A stretch of 63,645 bases of DNA from Phycisphaerae bacterium (GTDB taxonomy: Bacteria; Planctomycetota; Phycisphaerae; FEN-1346). Under the pieces are notes generated by a model. It was not told the origin of the DNA and ran no database searches. It saw nothing but the letters and a program-made list of their open reading frames with translations. Positions 61,580 to 63,645 of the stretch are shown here, piece by piece. Location: contig JAWODB010000309.1 of NCBI GenBank assembly GCA_046483505.1, forward strand, positions 1 to 63,645. Reading direction: 5' to 3'. The translations under genes and the position numbers were made by a program. Within the stretch, counting starts at the first letter, position 1. Every line of letters starts with the position of its first letter.

Positions 61580-62422
61580 CTATTCACTCTCCATTCTCGC
61601 GAGGAGGGCCTCGAGCGTCTCTCGGGCCCGCGTGAGGTCGCCGACGCGGTCCTGGCCGGCCTCACGCTCGACGATGAGGCCGCCCGTGAACCCGCCCTCC
61701 TGGAGCGTGCGGATGACATCCTGCAGGGGCACCTCGCCGGTGCCGAGCGGCACATCCTCGCCCCAGACCTCGCCGGGCCGGTCGGAGGCCGTCCCGTCCT
61801 TCATGTGGGCCATGGAGGTGCGCGGACCCAGGAGGCGGGCCGCCTCCAGCGGGTCGTCCGACCCGTACAGGATGAAGTTCGCCGGGTCGAAGTTGACGGT
61901 CAGGTCGTCGCGCCCCAGTTCGTCCATGGCGGCCAGGAGATGTTCGGCCGACTCCTGGCCCGTCTCCAGGCCGATCGTCAGGCCCGACTCGTGGATGGCG
62001 TCGACGGCCGTGGCGAGGCGCTCCATGAACGCGTCGTGGCCCTCGTCGCCGGCCGGCGGGATGAACCCGGCGTGGATCGTCACGTTGCCGATGCCGAGGT
62101 CCGCGAACGCCCGCGACCACACCTTGCACTGCTCGAGCCGGTCGGGGAAATCGGCCGGGTCGATGAACCCGCCCGTGGCCCGGATGGATTCGATGGACGA
62201 GTAGTCCTCGCCGGGAAAGATGATGCACGCCGCGGGCACCGCCAGGCCCGTCCGCTCGATGGCCTCCCGGATGCGCGCCACGCCCTCCGGCGTGGTGTCG
62301 GACGGCTGGCGAAACGTCAACTGGACGGCTTCGTAGCCGATCTCCTTCACCTTGTCGAGCGAGGCGACCGTGTCGTCCATCGCGAGCGACCAGAGTGCGG
62401 CTCCGACGAGGTGCTTGGCCAT
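61580..62422 (-). CDS. Sugar phosphate isomerase/epimerase (xylose-isomerase-like TIM barrel)
   Basis: HAGFIP, LETGQE, NFDPAN, HMKD, LGTGEV, IVERE. Confidence 0.88.
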   Translation of the reverse strand: MAKHLVGAALWSLAMDDTVASLDKVKEIGYEAVQLTFRQPSDTTPEGVARIREAIERTGLAVPAACIIFPGEDYSSIESIRATGGFIDPADFPDRLEQCKVWSRAFADLGIGNVTIHAGFIPPAGDEGHDAFMERLATAVDAIHESGLTIGLETGQESAEHLLAAMDELGRDDLTVNFDPANFILYGSDDPLEAARLLGPRTSMAHMKDGTASDRPGEVWGEDVPLGTGEVPLQDVIRTLQEGGFTGGLIVEREAGQDRVGDLTRARETLEALLARMESE

Positions 62423-62492
62423 GGTTCGTCCTCCCGGGGCGTGCGGTTCCGGATTGCCTTAAGTTGCCCGTCCGGCGGCACCGATACCGTCG

Positions 62493-62765
62493 GTGAGCGA
62501 GGACTACCCTACCGTGCCGCAGGACACACGTCAAGACGGGCGTCCGCTGTACCGCATCGGCGAGGTGGCCGAGATGGCCGGCGTCTCCCGCCAGGTCGTC
62601 AGCACGTACTGCATGTACGGCCTGATTCAGGAGACGGCCCGGACGCCGGGCGGGCATCGGCTGTTCGACGAATCCACCGCCCGCCGCATCCGGCTGATCC
62701 AAGAATTGAAGAAACGATATACGCTGGGCGAGATCCGCGAGATCTTCATCCGCGACCGGTTTTGA
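62493..62765 (+). CDS. MerR-type HTH domain protein
   Basis: YRIGEVAEMAGVS, GLI...RTPGGHRLF, YTLGEIRE; no effector domain. Confidence 0.85.
   Translation: MSEDYPTVPQDTRQDGRPLYRIGEVAEMAGVSRQVVSTYCMYGLIQETARTPGGHRLFDESTARRIRLIQELKKRYTLGEIREIFIRDRF
62506..62534 (-). promoter_or_regulatory. Putative sigma70 promoter of the isomerase gene
   Basis: TTGACG-17 nt-TAGGGT on the minus strand, overlapping the MerR 5' end. Confidence 0.5.
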
Positions 62766-62783
62766 CACATGTCGGTGGTCCTT

Positions 62784-62853
62784 TGTCATTTGTCATTTGT
62801 CCGCCGTTGCCGTCTTTGCGGCCCGCCTCCGGCGGGTGAACTTTGCGTGAGGC
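62784..62853. repeat. Heptamer remnant plus family H arm
   Basis: TGTCATTTGTCATTTG; GCCGTCTTTGCGGCCCGCCTCCGGCGGGTGAACTTTGCGTGAGGC (62809-62853). Confidence 0.75.
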
Positions 62854-62892
62854 ATGTCGTTCGCCGTTTGTCGTTGGCGCCGCGCACGCCAC

Positions 62893-62921
62893 TTGACGCC
62901 GCACCTGCCGTGTGACATACT
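62893..62921 (+). promoter_or_regulatory. Putative promoter of the toxin-antitoxin pair
   Basis: TTGACG-17 nt-CATACT with TGn extension. Confidence 0.5.
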
Positions 62922-62989
62922 TCGGGCGGCACGATGATCGGGCCGCACCTCTCGCGGCCCGCAAGCGGGCCGGGAAGGAGCGCATACGT

Positions 62990-63172
62990 ATGACGGTCAA
63001 AGAGCAGATGAAAGAAGTCATCGAGCATCAGCCCGACGACGCCACCTACGAGGAGATTCTGCGCGAACTGGCGTTTGCCGGGATGGTGGAGCGCGGCCTG
63101 GCCGATGCCCGGGAAGGGCGTGTCGTCTCGAACGACGAGATGGGCGAGCGGATTCGCCGATGGCAGAGATAA
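62990..63172 (+). CDS. Putative antitoxin (60 aa)
   Basis: AAGGAG RBS; QPDDATYEEIL...VERGLADAREGRVVS; overlaps the toxin start. Confidence 0.8.
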   Translation: MTVKEQMKEVIEHQPDDATYEEILRELAFAGMVERGLADAREGRVVSNDEMGERIRRWQR

Positions 63173-63452
63173 GGTGGACCCACGAAGCCGCTGCCTGGCT
63201 CGAAGACGTTCACGCTTACATCGCCGCGGACAACCCGGAGGCGGCTGCACGGGTCGTCCACGACCTGTTCGACCGCGTTCAGTCCCTCGCCGAGTTTCCC
63301 GAATGGGCTACGTCTATCGGACCGAACCGGAGGGCGACGTGCGCGTGCTGGTGCACGGGCATTACCGTATTGCCTACCTGGTCCGCGAGACGGATACGCT
63401 TGAGGTTCTCGGCGTCTTTCACGGCGCGCTGGACATCGACCGGTACCTTTAA
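63160..63452 (+). CDS. RelE/ParE-family toxin, one frameshift near 63300
   Basis: IRWTHEA...YIAADNPEAA...LAEFP then (other frame) RMGYVYR...YRIAY...VLGVFHGA; one C missing from a C-run. Confidence 0.85.
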
Positions 63453-63496
63453 CGGCGTTTCTCCCACCTCGAACGGCAACAGCCACGGCAACGGCG

Positions 63497-63549
63497 GCCT
63501 CACGCAAAGTTTACCCGCCGGAGGTGGGGCGCCAAGGCGCAAAGACGGC
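63497..63549. repeat. Family H arm, inverted
   Basis: Reverse complement matches 53912-53964 at 52 of 53 nt. Confidence 0.85.
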
Positions 63550-63645
63550 CAAGGCAGGCAATCGGCGACAGCCAACAGGCGAGCGACAACGGCGAACAGC
63601 AACGGCCACGACGTATGACCGGGCACATTCAGCCGCCGGGCTTCC

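Noticed and set aside
63295-63305. Frameshift in the RelE/ParE toxin as regulatory or inactivating
   Set aside because: One extra C in the C-run restores EFPRMGYVYR; same error type as at 48611. Real inactivation cannot be excluded without reads.

Overview
Mostly a GC-rich (~70%) chromosomal stretch of a diderm bacterium, probably Planctomycetota (Phycisphaerae-like; inferred from the DUF1571 gene, ECF/anti-sigma module and gene style). It contains a type IV pilus/T2SS-like operon (pilM-N-O-?-B-T-C plus four minor-pilin-type genes), thrS-infC-rpmI-rplT-pheS, an unannotated five-gene envelope cluster (beta-barrel, three lipoproteins, glycine-zipper protein), an ImmA/IrrE + DUF4411 pair, an LPS/ADP-heptose operon, rpmB-gatCAB, an Opu-type transporter, a membrane pyrophosphatase, rsfS-argS-queE, dksA-lspA-ribD, an ECF sigma module and a RelE/ParE-type toxin-antitoxin pair. 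The first ~897 bp are AT-richer, Bacteroidota-style DNA joined into the middle of a PHP-domain gene (probable chimera). Three signals stand out: (1) at least eight families of short palindromic elements fill the intergenic spaces, repeatedly nest inside each other, and once sit in-frame inside a CDS; (2) sharply lower-GC, in-frame, divergent patches lie inside essential genes (gatB, argS); (3) the unannotated beta-barrel/lipoprotein/glycine-zipper cluster. I saw no rRNA, tRNA, CRISPR array, integrase or transposase. All calls come from motif recognition by eye; no searches were run.
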